Source: Eledone cirrhosa (taxonomy: Eukaryota). From it: DNA of 64,000 nucleotides. The position numbers were made by a program, and so were the translations under genes. Of this stretch, positions 1 through 12,509 are shown in pieces. The stretch's first letter is position 1; every line of letters starts with the position of its first letter. Location of the stretch: positions 180,730,001-180,794,000 of the forward strand of contig OZ024741.1 of the NCBI GenBank assembly GCA_964016885.1, written 5' to 3'. Under the pieces are notes generated by a model that ran no database searches, was not told the DNA's origin, and saw nothing but the letters and a program-made list of their open reading frames with translations.

Positions 1-99
1 GTAGAATCTGAGGAAACTGATGTTCTACATCATCAAAAAAGTACAAATAATAATTCAGACAGTAGAATTAAATTTGTTGTGTTTTGGCAAACAACCCTT

Positions 100-800
100 C
101 ATCAGAAAAAAAGGGTTCAGTTGATATTTCTTCTCTCTAAACATTAGACTCTTCCTTCTCCTCCTTTAAATGTTCTGTAAAGATACATATTTTTCTACTA
201 CCTTTGTTGTCTCACTATTATGTTTGAAATCCATTCAGTTTTCTTTCTATTAAGTCTCCATAAACCACTTTTTTCTTATTAAATGTTAAAAATATTTTAG
301 TTTCCTCTCTTTGATGGAGTCTAAAAAAACTTTCTTAGTTTTTGTCATTTTCTGTACAATTTTGGTTTTATTTTCTGCTCATCATATTCTCAAAAGTATT
401 CTATATGGCCATGTCCCAATGCCACAATATGGGTCCAGTTGCCAATGTGTTATTCCACTTTTGGTATTACATCCTTTTCTTATTCTGTTTCCTACATTTT
501 CAGAATATCTCCTACTACAGTTGATTATGCCAGTTACATAACAGAAATAGTCAACTACTTCTGAGGAGTACACTGCATGGAATTTTTAGCTGCACCTTCT
601 CTGCATATCAAACATTCTTATTTCCTAAATACCCGTAGTCATGTCTTCCCTGCTAACTAATACTTTTGCCTTTGTTTTGTTAACATTAAGGTCTCTCAGT
701 TTTAGACTTTGCATTTGGAATATCTTCTCTACAGTTTTGATTGATCCAGTCACAAGAACTAGTTAATTGGCATATAAATTTCCCATAAACAGCCTGTATT
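100..800 (-). mobile_element. Highly degraded RTE-clade LINE fragment (C-terminal RT region)
   Basis: ORF 382..573(-) EVVDYFCYVTGIINCSRRYSENVGNRIRKG aligns by eye with the better preserved copy at 48574 (DSFRYLGDKISSGGGCSESTVARVRTGW). Confidence 0.45.
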
Positions 801-1359
801 AACTCCTGTAATGATTTAGTAGAGAATGTTTAAAAACTGGATTGTTAATTAAAATGTTGGCCGTACCTTTACTAGCGAATAAATCATTGTGAAAATTTGC
901 AATAAATTAAAGTAAAGACTTAAAATTTTTTCTGTAATGCAGTCATAGTGCTGTTTTGTACTTTTCAAGTGTTACAGGACATTAAGTGCCACAGTTAATG
1001 CAGTTTCCTGTTAAACTGTTATAACCTGGTGAAATATAATAAACAGGATCAAGCCTTGATGAATATTTACTTGTATGCTAAATTCCTTGCTGAATTCAAA
1101 GCTACCTATCATCCTGCAGATAATATCTCTGACATGGCTTGCATTGTTGTCACAAGCTGTTAATTTCTGCTTAGTTTTCTTAGCAAGCACCAGTTTACAC
1201 ATTTTTGTATTCTGTCAATGACCTTCTACAAGCCAGTGAATGTAAGTTATAGTGGCTTCACTTTAACTAAGAACTTCTTCAATAGTTAGTTGTCTAATTA
1301 GGAAGTGGAGAGCATAAATAGTACACCTTGGCTCAAAAGTGGGCTGTATCTCATCTAAG

Positions 1360-1880
1360 CTGTATGTATGTATCTATGTATGTATGTTTGTATGTATGTA
1401 TGTGTGTGTGTGTGTGTATGTGTTCGTCTGTCTGTCTCTATGTATGTATTTATGTGTGTGCTTGTATGTGTGTGTGTATGCATATATGCATGTATGTATC
1501 TGCATGTGTGCATATGTATGTATGTAGTAGGGGATTAGCATATATATATAATTTTCTTGTCATAAGTTCCTATTCAATGAGGCATTGAGTGATAAAGTAC
1601 TGATAGTTTGGATAGTTCTTCACTCATCTGTAACATGTTAATATGTGGTGGTGGTTTGTTTTATTATTGGTTATTGTTGATGTTTTGGTTCTCTTTGGAC
1701 TATTTATATTATCAGTTACCTGCATGTGTTTGTGGGTGTGTACATGTGTTTGTTTGTGTGTGTGTGTGTGTGTGTGTGTTCATATGTTTGTATGTGTGTG
1801 TGTACATGTGTTTGCCTGTTTGTGTGTATGTACATATGTTTGTCTATGCAAGTGTGGGAACATATCTGCATATATGTAGT
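1360..1880. repeat. Compound (TG)n/(TATG)n microsatellite tracts
   Basis: Direct inspection; source of the spurious C/V/M/Y-rich ORFs. Confidence 0.9.
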
Positions 1881-2204
1881 GTAGTGTTGTTAAGCTCGTG
1901 GCAAAGCCTGTTTGAAATCAGAAGGAAATCAAATTTACAGCTCACACACTATGCAGGCTTAGCTCTTCTTCCACAAGGTTGCATCACACAGGAAGTGTCT
2001 CAGATGTTTTAATGACAGAGGCTCCAGTCCTATCATGGAAAGCAACATAAAATGAAGCTTCTTGCTCAAGAATGCAATGTAACATCTAAAAGAGATATAT
2101 TAAGCTTGCATGGGTCTCAGATCTCTTGCATTTTATTTATGGTAGAAGAAAAAAAAAAAATAATAATTTGGGTCCCCTGGCTGCAGTACAGTCAGCCCTC
2201 CCCA

Positions 2205-2395
2205 CCTCTAATCAAACACTGCCACCTATGCTTCGCGGCATAGAGTTATGGCCCTTTGCGTTCTGAGTTCAAATCCTGCCAAGGTTAGCTTTGCCTTTCA
2301 TCCTTACAGGGTCAATGAAATAAAGCACCTGGGTTGATTTAATTAACTTTCCCCTCCCCTAAAATTGTTGGCCATATGCCTAAATTAGAAACCAA
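2205..2395 (+). mobile_element. tRNA-derived SINE copy (long-tail subtype), 5' degraded
   Basis: B box gagttcaaatcc, central ctttgcctttcatccttac, tail gcctaaattagaaacc. Confidence 0.75.
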
Positions 2396-2601
2396 CACCT
2401 TAACCACTGAAATATGTTTCTTCACCAAAGCCGCTTAAAACTCTCGATCATAATTATGAACCATTTCTTTACATTTCCACAACATATCTAATTTCTATAT
2501 GTAGTCAATAGTTTGAGTAGATGTTATGCCCAAAGCTGACATATCTCTGTATTCATTCTGGATTCTTCCTTCATTATAATTATAAAGGCGAAGTTGTGTG
2601 G

Positions 2602-2866
2602 TTAACGTTTTTGATACCAACTTGTCTGAAGCCATTCTTTGTTTTACAATACAAAACTGTTAATTTTAAAGTATTTTCTATTTACCTTAAAAACCTTCCA
2701 TCTATAATTTTTTATAAGAACTTGCATTAAGATATGTTTGACATACCAGCTTAGTAATGAGAAAGTTACATTATGAAATTCAAAATTCCTGATTACTTTA
2801 TTTTCAAAACAATTTGAAAATCATAGGCAGTGTGTTTCATTAGAAATATGGTAATGAATGGGTTAA
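2602..2866 (+). mobile_element. TTAA-flanked MITE family 2 (piggyBac-like)
   Basis: Begins ttaacgtttttgataccaac and ends gaaatatggtaatgaatgggttaa; related copies near 13875-14100, 30160-31062, 43442-43678, 44025-44280, 58021-58240. Confidence 0.6.
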
Positions 2867-3699
2867 GTGTTTATATGTATCTGAAAATATTTCATCATAT
2901 GTAAACCTGAGCTTTTCGAATATTAAGAATAATATTCGATTCATTTGCAATTATGCAAACAGTCTCTTAAAGCTATGTGAGTAGAATAACGCCATCATTC
3001 TTTCTCTTGTGTTGGCATATAGACAGAATGGAATCTTTGACACTAATGTTTCTGGGTGATTACCCTTCATCAGTACCATATACTGCTTACCTGCCAACTG
3101 TCAGAGCTAGTGAAAATATATGATATTTTCTGGAATATACAGTGACTGATCAGCCTGATTTGCATATTGGCAGACTGGCTAATCAGTCAGATCTGCATAT
3201 TAGCAGACCCACTGATCAGCTAGATTTGCATATCAGCAGGTAGGCCAGTCAGTTTTATGTATACGAGCAATTAATCGGCGACTGCCATAAAATTTGTTAG
3301 TTATTCCATCATAATTTTATGTAAGAAATTTTATTATGTTCCAAATACCATTTTAATAATGAGAAAGTTAGTTATATTCTTGATTATTTTTCAAAATGAT
3401 TTCAAAAATATAGACAGTGCCTTTCTTTAGAAATATAGTAGCAAAAGGTTTATATTCTTTTCAGAGTCATGTGGTTCAGTGGAGGTGGCATAAACCATGA
3501 GTTTCCAGGAGTAGAAGCCAGTGTAGGAGAAAGTGTAGAGGGAGGAGACAAATAAACATTCAAGCTTGTTGCTTTCTCTACTTCTAGAAATTTATGTATA
3601 ATTTATTTACAGGAGTAAATTGATGTTTATAATAGTAAAAACAATTTAATAAAAATGAAAAAAAAATTTAGATTGAGAAGAAAGAATTGAATGTAAAAT

Positions 3700-4010
3700 A
3701 AGGAAATATAAAAAAACCAGAAAAGGAAGGGAAAGGCAAGGGCTCTGGTGTCATTGAAGAATGGGGAGGGGGGGAGGGTAATTGGGCCCTGGGCCTAGGG
3801 CGTGACACTAATGGGGTTGTGCTCTGCAGACAAGAGAGCAAAAGCATTCCCACAGACTGGCCAGTGACACCCGCTGCAACAGCCACCCCACCTCCCAGGA
3901 CTCCTGCCACAGATGGGTTGCCGACGTATGATTTTGCAGAGGAGCTCGGCAGTGCAATGCCTGAGGTCTCGATGATGACCGGTGTGAAGAGGAAGTGGCC
4001 GGGCAATCCT
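3700..4010 (-). mobile_element. CRE-like (RLE-type) non-LTR retrotransposon 3' end, frameshifted
   Basis: GC-rich island; minus frames give HFLFTPVIIETSG, EVGWLLQRVSLA and GNAFALL, matching the F.P.A.ET.G...LQR.S.A..RGNA C-terminus of CRE-clade elements. Confidence 0.65.
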
Positions 4011-4123
4011 CACCCGCTATGTAGAGGAAAGGAGACAAATTGAGAGGGAAATTGTTTGAATGATGTAGCTACAGTGGGACAAATAAAATCAGTTTCCTGT
4101 CATTTCATTCTCTTTCCTCTCTA

Positions 4124-4172
<49 letters not shown>

Positions 4173-4191
4173 ATCTCTATTAACAAATACT

Positions 4192-4420
4192 TTAACCCTT
4201 TAGCATTTAAACCGGCTGTATCTGACTAGAATTCTGTCACCTCATTCTGTTCAAACTGGCTGTAACCGGCCACTCATACCAACGTTAAGGTATTGTCCTC
4301 AAAATAAATAATATCAAAATCTCATAGATTCAATATTGTATGAAATAACTATGTGAAGTAAAGCCTTTACCACCAAAATACAATAGCATATATAGAGTAA
4401 TCTAAATTCTAAAGGATTAA
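4192..4420 (+). mobile_element. TTAA-flanked MITE family 1 (piggyBac-like)
   Basis: Terminal inverted repeats ttaaccctttagcattta ... taaattctaaaggattaa; other copies at about 6757-6969, 7840-8000, 17389-17616, 25360-25486. Confidence 0.75.
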
Positions 4421-4499
4421 ATCTTTTAAAAATGAAAACTACATCTATAAGTTAGTATAACTTAAAACAATCTACAATAAACATAACAAGTGTTTTATG

Positions 4500-4950
4500 G
4501 TAATAAACCCCCATGATTGCTAAAGCAGGGTTTCTTAACTTTTCTGTATCCTCTACATCCCTTACCAAACCCTTGGCTTTCATTTCTTCCTCCATCATCT
4601 TTAACCATGACTTTACCTTCCTCTTCTTCCTTCCCCATTCATTTCCATCACTCCTCATGTACAAACACTTTCATCATTCCTCAACAGATGACCCAACCAT
4701 CTCATTCCATTTCTCTTCACAATATTCATCACTAGCTCTATTCCCATTACCCTTCTCACTCAGTCACTTTCATCCTTCCTTAACACATGACCTATCATGC
4801 CATTCTATTTCTTTTTACAACAGTCATCATTGGTTCTATTCCCATAATCCTCTGCGATTAATCATTTGTCTTCCTTTCTCTGAGTGATACCCTACACATT
4901 TAAAAAAACATTTTCATTCTTTTCTTTCTAGTCTTTTCTGCTTCTTCACA
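4500..4950 (-). mobile_element. Degraded RTE-clade LINE 3' fragment
   Basis: Minus frame GRKKRKVKSWLKMMEEEMKAKGL resembles the GRP.K.W...I..D C-terminus of RTE ORF2. Confidence 0.4.
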
Positions 4951-5691
4951 ATAAAGACACACAAATAGTCACATGTAGAAAACCCAGATTACTCCCGGGT
5001 CCCAAATGGGGTGGTGGTGGTGGTGGGGGTCGTGGAATAATCAGGGGATTGGAAAATCGGTAATTTTTCTAGGTTGTCTCTCTTTTGATTTTTTTCAAAA
5101 CTAGAATTAATCATTTAGTTTACATATTGAGACCCCAACCCATCCTATTTATTTTATAACATATGGGATTTCTAGTAATGTATTCTTTTTGTCGTGTATG
5201 TTTTTTAATGCCTAAAGAAAATTAATTGTCACAGGAATGTTATCACTTAAAATAAAATTTTGCCAGAGATAGACTAACAAAATTTAATAAGCGGGGGAGG
5301 GTTGGAAAAAATCTGAAAAATTAATAAGCGGGGGAGGGAGAGAGACCAGAAAGTATAAAACATTTTGGTTGGTTGACCTATATGTCATAAACAGCTCTTT
5401 TCAGGTAAAGCTGACTAGGTCATTCAACAACTACAAGAACAATAGCATCAGTAAAATCTCCTGCAAATCAAAGCCTACTGTTTTGTCAAATAAGAAAAAA
5501 AGAAATTGAATATAATGCGATTTTAGTTACTCATGTAAAAAGAGAGGCTTGTTATGGCTGGAATTTCCTTTGATAATAAGGCAGTTCACCTTAGGTTAAA
5601 CAACAATGACAAGTTTTAGGTTATGGATGATACCATTCTGAATATAGCAAAGTCATTTTAAGAATACATCATGTCTTTTGAAATGGAACTT

Positions 5692-5745
<54 letters not shown>

Positions 5746-5751
5746 GTAGTA

Positions 5752-5975
5752 ATAATAATTGTTTCTTATATAGGCTCAAGGCCAGCAATTTGAGGGGAGG
5801 GGAAAGTCGATTAAATCAACCCCAGTGTGTGACTGGTACTTTATTTTATTGATCCCATAAGGATGAAAGACAAAGTTAATGTCGGCGGGATTTGAACTCA
5901 GAACATAAAGAGTCATAACTCTATGCCGCGAAGCATGTTGTCCGACCCTCTACCGATTCTACCAATTCACTGCCC

Positions 5976-5976
<1 letters not shown>
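5752..5976 (-). mobile_element. tRNA-derived SINE between (ACT)n and (AAT)n tracts
   Basis: Reverse complement of the 37477 family (ggatttgaactc B box, ccgaccctctaccga head). Confidence 0.85.
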
Positions 5977-6009
<33 letters not shown>

Positions 6010-6317
6010 GAATGGAGGTATATAATTATCAAGATAAACTTTTGGGTGAACTTTATTCTAGTGTCCTTATTGAGTTCTTCAGTAGTTTTTATCATTCTTT
6101 ATCTGAAATTTTGAACTCATTGTCTTAGTGGATGTAATAAAATTCAGCCAATTGCCTTATAGTTATTTTGTGGTTTTATTGATATAGGACATTATGGTAT
6201 AGATTAGTCTCATGTTTTAATATCTTTTACCTTAAACTGAAAAACAATTCATATACCAAAGTCTATGAACACTCAACATTCCTTTGAAACCTTATATAAT
6301 TTATGAGATTGTGGACA

Positions 6318-6560
6318 AAGGCATGGCTGAGTGGTTAAAAAGTTTGCTTTACTGTTATAAGGTCCCAGGTTCAGTCCCACTGGGTGCTATCTTTTAGCAA
6401 GGCTCTTTACTAAAGCCTTGACAGTGAAATTGGGTAGATGGAAACTGTATGGAAGACTTTTGGATGGCTTATACCTGTAATTCAAAGGTCCAGCCATGTC
6501 ACATATTGTCATACTGGTTCTGCCTAAGAATTACATTATGGGCACATGTGTCTGTGAAAC
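6318..6560 (+). mobile_element. Old tRNA-headed CORE-like SINE
   Basis: A box ggcatggctgagtggtt, B box ggttcagtccc; body shared with copies at about 8518-8850, 11138-11448, 29385-29600. Confidence 0.6.
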
Positions 6561-9500
6561 CAACAGAGGATCCATCATTATTATGTAATCGGGGGATTGG
6601 CAGTATCAGTAGAGAGTCGGACACCATGCTTTGTAGCATAGAGTTGTGGCCCTTTATAGTCAGAGTTCAAATCCCGCCGAGCTTAGCTTTGCCTTTCATC
6701 CTTATGGGGTTGATAAAATAAAGTACCAAAGTACCAGCAATGCATTGGGGTCGATTTAAACCAACCAGATCCGGCCAGAATTCTATCACCTCTTTCTGTT
6801 CAAACTGGCTGTAACCAGCTACTCATACTGATGTTAAGGTATTGTTCTCAAAATAAATAATATCAAAATCTCATAGGTTCAAAATTATCTGAGATAATTA
6901 TGTGAGATAAAGTGTTTACCATGAAAATACAATAGTATGTATAGAGTAATGTAAATGCTATAGGGTTAATCAACTTTCCTCTTCCCCCTAAATTGTTGGC
7001 CTATTGCCTAAATCAGAAACCATTATTGTGTAATTCATTAATGCATAATGATTATGTAAAGGTTATCAAGGATGTTGACAAAAGAATCAAAAATTCATGT
7101 TGTGTCATTGATGATATGTTAGGAGGAAAATTGGCAGAGTTGTTAGTGTTGGATTAAATGCCTTACAGTATTCATTCCAGCTCTTTACACTCTGCCTCCT
7201 CAAATCTCACCAAGAACAACATTGCTTTTCATCCTTTCAGGGTAAATAAATAAAGTACCAGTTCTCTCCAGTTATGAGTATTGGAAGAATCATTAGAGTG
7301 GTATCTATTCCAGTTCTCAGCATTCTAAATTCAAATGTCACCTACTCCCATGGGAAAAATGATGACATGATTGACTGGGCCACTTATTATCAAAACACTC
7401 AAGGAACCTCATGGGAGGCTGCAATTCAATATATTGATATATTATTTGACACCAGTCAAAGAATATATCAATAAAGTAAGATTTATTAAAAAACACATGC
7501 ACATTTGCATGCTCGTACACACATACATACACACATACACAGCTTAAGTATGTCACAAGATATCCTGCTATGAATTAGTTCTCTCAATTATTCTTTTGTC
7601 AAAGGGATTTCATCCTGAAATATAATGTCCATTAAAAACCTACAAGGTAACATCCCAACATGTTATCCCATTGTTATTATGGTAATAATTAATGTCCCAT
7701 TTGCATTATAGTAACCTTTTAATAAGACACTATTTTATATACTTTCTACAATGCTTCAAGCAATCTACAACATTCACTTAATCCTATAACATTTACATTA
7801 TATATGCTATTGTTTTTTTGTGGTAATGGCTTTTCATTGCCTAATTATCTCACATAATATCGAATCTATGAGATTTTGATATTATTTATTTTGAGAACAA
7901 TACCTTAACATCATTATGAGTGGCTAGTTATGGCCAGTTTGAACAGAAAGCGGTGAGAGAATTCTGGCCGGATACAGCCGGTTTAAATGCTAAAGGGTTA
8001 ATGAAGTTAACATGGTAGATAATCTTTTCCACACTGCTACTATTTAAATTTTATTTCTCTCTTTATGATTTGTCATCATTGTATAATTTCTTCCATTTTT
8101 AGCTATTTGGGGTGTAGGCATGACAGTGTGGTTAACAAATTTGTTTCATGTTTACATGGCTTCTTATGAAACTGTTTTTAACTAAAGCCTCGAAGTAATG
8201 AAAATATTTTGAGTGAAAATTGGCAGACTGAAACTATGTGGAAGCCTGTTGGAGGAATAGTTCTTGTTTTCCAAGTGGCAGACCTGATCCATGACTTGGT
8301 TTAGCATCACCACCTGGTCACTGGGTGTTTTTTGTGGACGTGTCTTAAAAGACCCTGAAAAGGGACACAAGCAATGCCTTTCCTCCTGTGGCTAAACCAT
8401 TTAATAACAAAGCCACAAAAGGGTGTAACTCATAGCTAACTAATCCATCTTTGTCCAATGTATTTTGTTTGCTGTGTGTGTGTGTGCGCACAATATTTAT
8501 TTCTTTGTCCAAGGATAAAGTATGGCTGAATAGTTAGGAATTTTGCTTCACAATCATGAGTATAAGTTCAATCCTTTTGGTGGTATCTTAAGCAAGTGTC
8601 TTTTACCATAGTGTTTTGTTGACTCAAAACTTGTGAGTGAAATTTGATAGATGGAAAGTGTTTAGAAGTTCATCAGATGGATTTTACTTGTTATTCAAGG
8701 CTCAACCTCATCACATTGTGTTATTCTGAATCTCCTTGAAAATTATGTTAAGGGTACACATGTCTGTGACATACTCAGACATTTAGATATTATTTTAACA
8801 AGTAGGTTGGTCCATTGACTGAAGAAATAGAACATTCATCATGGACACTTTATTTATCTTTTTTATCTTACACTCTTTCCATCCTGGTTTCACTTCTATT
8901 TTAGCTCTGCTTCATAGTTGATTGATTACTAATAGAAAAAGTGACCAACTGTAAATATCACTTTCTCTATTAATAATGCAGACATCCAAATTCCCAGACC
9001 CAACAAAACAAATCCCCAATTACAAAATAATCTCAAAACACGTGCACACACCTCTTAGTGATGTTAGTTAGCATAACAGTAAAAACAGCTTCAACCTCCA
9101 CAATACATTTTTTTTTATCAATTACCACTTTAGAAATTAATTGATTACTCAATAAATATGAATATTGATTTCCCAGTTTTGAGAAGACAATATATTATCA
9201 GATGTATCCATCACAGTTTATGTACTGATTTTATTGACCCCGAAAATATTGGAGTTAAAAGTCAGTCTCTGCTTGATTGGAACTCAGAATGTAGAGGGAT
9301 GAAATGAAATACAGCAATATGATTAGTTTTTATAGCTTAGTTAGGGAGGGAAAGCTCTTTATTTTTACAGAGTTCTCTGAGTTCAGAAACATGCCGAGGT
9401 CAACTTTGCCTTTTGGGGTTGATAAAAACAATATCAATCTAAGTACTGGGGTAGATTTTCCCTCTATATCTCTTTCTCACTTCTTTTCCTACACTCTCTA

Positions 9501-9650
9501 TCCTCTGGAAGAAATTTACTATGTTCAAACCTGGTCTCCACCAGATTTTAAAATACCCTAGAAACGTCTTATGCCAGTGTGGCATCCTTATGACTCCAGC
9601 AGGAGTTAGGGGTAAAAAGAAAGAAACAAATAATATATATATATATATAT

Positions 9651-9843
9651 AGGAACCAGTAAGACCCCGACAGCTGAGCTCAAGCCGTTTCGACGGCTAA
9701 TTCTGGAGTCCAGAATTAGCCGTCGAAACGGCTTGAGCTCAGCTGTCGGGGTCTTACTGGTTCCTATTACCCACTCTACTACCTCAAGTATTGAGTACTT
9801 TGGTGCGTTATGGTCCACCTGGTTCCTTACCACTTTTCCTTCG

Positions 9844-9844
<1 letters not shown>
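9651..9844 (+). mobile_element. Fold-back hairpin element in (TA)n, copy 1; carries 3' half of a hammerhead motif (Penelope-like end)
   Basis: Perfect 57-bp inverted arms 9651-9707/9709-9765 plus an ~80 bp tail; flanked by (TA)n on both sides. Confidence 0.8.
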
Positions 9845-9882
<38 letters not shown>

Positions 9883-9918
9883 CAAGCAATGAAATGCCAG
9901 TACCCAGCCTCAACTCAC

Positions 9919-10424
9919 CATAGAAACTATGCTCCCAGTACACGCTGTAAAAGTGGTTGGCATTAGGATGGGCATCCAGTCATAGAAACCATGCTCACTG
10001 TACACGCTGTAAAAGTGGTTGGCATTAGGATGGGCATCCAGTCATAGAAACCATGCTCCCAGTACACGCTGTAAAAGTGGTTGGCATTAGGATGGGCATC
10101 CAGTCATAGAAACCATGCTCACTGTACACGCTGTAAAAGTGGTTGGCATTAGGATGGGCATCCAGTCATAGAAACCATGCTCACTGTACACGCTGTAAAA
10201 GTGGTTGGCATTAGGATGGGCATCCAGTCATAGAAACCATGCTCACTGTACACGCTGTAAAAGTGGTTGGCATTAGGATGGGCATCCAGTCATAGAAACC
10301 ATGCTCACTGTACACGCTGTAAAAGTGGTTGGCATTAGGATGGGCATCCAGTCATAGAAACCATGCTCACTGTACACGCTGTAAAAGTGGTTGGCATTAG
10401 GATGGGCATCCAGTCATAGAAACC
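9919..10424 (+). repeat. 62-bp minisatellite, 8 near-identical units, derived from an RTE-tail-related repeat
   Basis: catagaaac recurs at 9919, 9981 ... 10415; unit contains gtggttggcattaggatgggcatccag also found in the RTE 3' region at 49490. Confidence 0.95.
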
Positions 10425-11137
10425 AAGTCAAATCAACGTGTATGAGCACGACCTTGATATCTGACTAGTCTGGCCTCAACATGCCGACAGCCAGCTGACA
10501 CAGGTATATATCGAAAATAGATTTTAAACGGTGATGATGATGATGATAATATACACTCTCTCTATATAAACATTTGCACACATACATACACATATATATA
10601 AATAAATATGTTTGTCTGTGCATGCATGTATGTATGTATCTGGTTATGTGCATGTATGTATGTATATGCACACATACACACATATACATACATGTATCTA
10701 CAAGTAAATATATATATATATGTCTGTGCATGTATGTATGTAAATAAACAAGTCCACATTGATTGATTATCAGCTGTGTTATAACTTTGATCATGAGGAT
10801 GAAAGGATGACCCCCACTCCTCCTCTGTATACACATATGCACACACTGACATACGGCTAAACACACAAATGCTCACACACGCACCTATGCACACACTAAT
10901 TCACACTTATATACACACACTGATTCACACTTATATACACACACTCGTACATACACAGACAAACACATGCACATTCACATGCATACACTCTCTTTCGCTT
11001 CCTCTCTCTTACACATACAGCCTTCCAGGCAGAATGTGGTATTTACAGTGGCACTTACAATTAGTGTTTATGTATGTATGTATGTATGTGTGTATGTGTG
11101 CACATGCGTGTGTATATGTATGTACGTATGTATGTGT

Positions 11138-11448
11138 GAAAGCACATAGATCTGTGGTTAAGGTATTTGGTTCACAATTGTAAGGTTGGGAGTTTGATTC
11201 CCAACAGTGCATTATGTCCTTGAGCAAGAAAACTTTATTTCACGTTGCTCCAGTTCACCCAGCTGGCAAAGGTGAGTTGTACTTGTAATTAGGGCCAGCC
11301 TTGTCATTCTCTGTCATGCTGAATCTCCATGACAACTACACATTTCTGTGGAATGCTCTGCCACTTGCACATTAATTACATGAGCAGGCTGTTCCATTGA
11401 TCGTATAAACTGGAACACTCATTGTCGTAACCAGCGGAGTGCCAGTTA
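11138..11448 (+). mobile_element. tRNA-headed CORE-like SINE
   Basis: tgtggttaagg A box, gagtttgattccc B box, CORE-like tgtccttgagcaag...ctccagttcacccagct. Confidence 0.65.
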
Positions 11449-11475
11449 TATTATGTATGTATGTATGTATGTATG

Positions 11476-12258
11476 TTATCTCTTTCTTTTAATTTCGAGT
11501 ATATTTTTTTGATCGGCCACCTTCCTGGTGGCAAGGTTGTAAAAGAAAAGAAATTGTCATCCCTTGAATCGCAAGAATGTTTTGCAAATTTTGAAGGTGC
11601 CAGCTATCGCAGCCATTTGTAGACTATGAATTAGGGAGCTGCGCTTTTTGTCCGCAAATCCAAGTTCAGTCATACTTTGGTCCAAGCGGGTTGGTATATA
11701 ACCCGTAGCTCCAATAATGATGGGTATGAAGCTAAAGGTGTATCTTGGATACTGGATTTGTAAACTCCTCATCAATGGTCCGTAGATGTCCTCCTTCTTC
11801 TGTATTTTTCTGACAACGTTTACATCAAGTGGGCAGCTGATCTCCACAACAGAACACGTTTTCAATGTGTGGTCCCAAACAACAATATCAGGCCGGTTGT
11901 GCTTTAATTTGGTGGCAGTTTTTATTTTCAGGTTCCACCAGTATTCCTTAGTGCCATCTATCTCATATATTCTTCCTCGTTTGTTGTTAATTTTGTTTTC
12001 CGAAGTGCGTTCCAGATGGTTCTAGCTATCCCATCGTGTCTCATGGGGAGGTAGTAGCGAGATGACATTCTTTCGCAGCTGGCAACAATGTGGCTTACAT
12101 CCTCGATCTTTGTTTTACATAGCCTACATTTATTGTCAGCTGCTGGCCCTCCCCTTTTGTGCAGCAGATATTTGGTAGGGAGTTCTTGTTCCTGTATTGC
12201 ATAGAGGTATCCCTCAAGGTGTGATGTCATAAACTTGTCGGAACTCCATGCCAGGTTT
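11476..12258 (-). mobile_element. R4/Dong-like RLE non-LTR retrotransposon, 5'-truncated, inserted in (TATG)n
   Basis: ORFs 11958..12350 and 11557..11865: zinc knuckle CRLC..EDVSHIVASC, RHD, RPDIVV...VVEISCP..K..Y, IIIGATG; one frameshift. Confidence 0.85.
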
Positions 12259-12509
12259 TTTATGTATGTATGTATGTATGTATGTTCTTCTTGTTTTATA
12301 ATTTCACAAAGTTTTACCAATAGAGAGAGAGTGGTTTCTAACATAGACACAAGACTCTATCATTGGAATTTACACAACATCAACTAGGTAGATATGTATG
12401 TATGCATGCATGTGTAGATATGGATGTTATTGTATGTGTGGATGTGTATATTTTGAGTTGTATGTGTGCATGTGTATATGCTTTGTATCTGTACATGTGT
12501 ATATGCAGT

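Noticed and set aside
3140-3250. Three ~33-bp degenerate repeats containing atttgcat octamer-like motifs
   Set aside because: Too short and degenerate to support a regulatory call without functional data
9606-9966. Recurrent ORFs with TPTAELKPFRRL on both strands (also 49618-49894, 56747-57072)
   Set aside because: Produced by the palindromic element reading the same on both strands; starts lie in microsatellites
9919-10424. Regular repeat array superficially like CRISPR
   Set aside because: Units are contiguous with no unique spacers, context is eukaryotic and there are no cas genes
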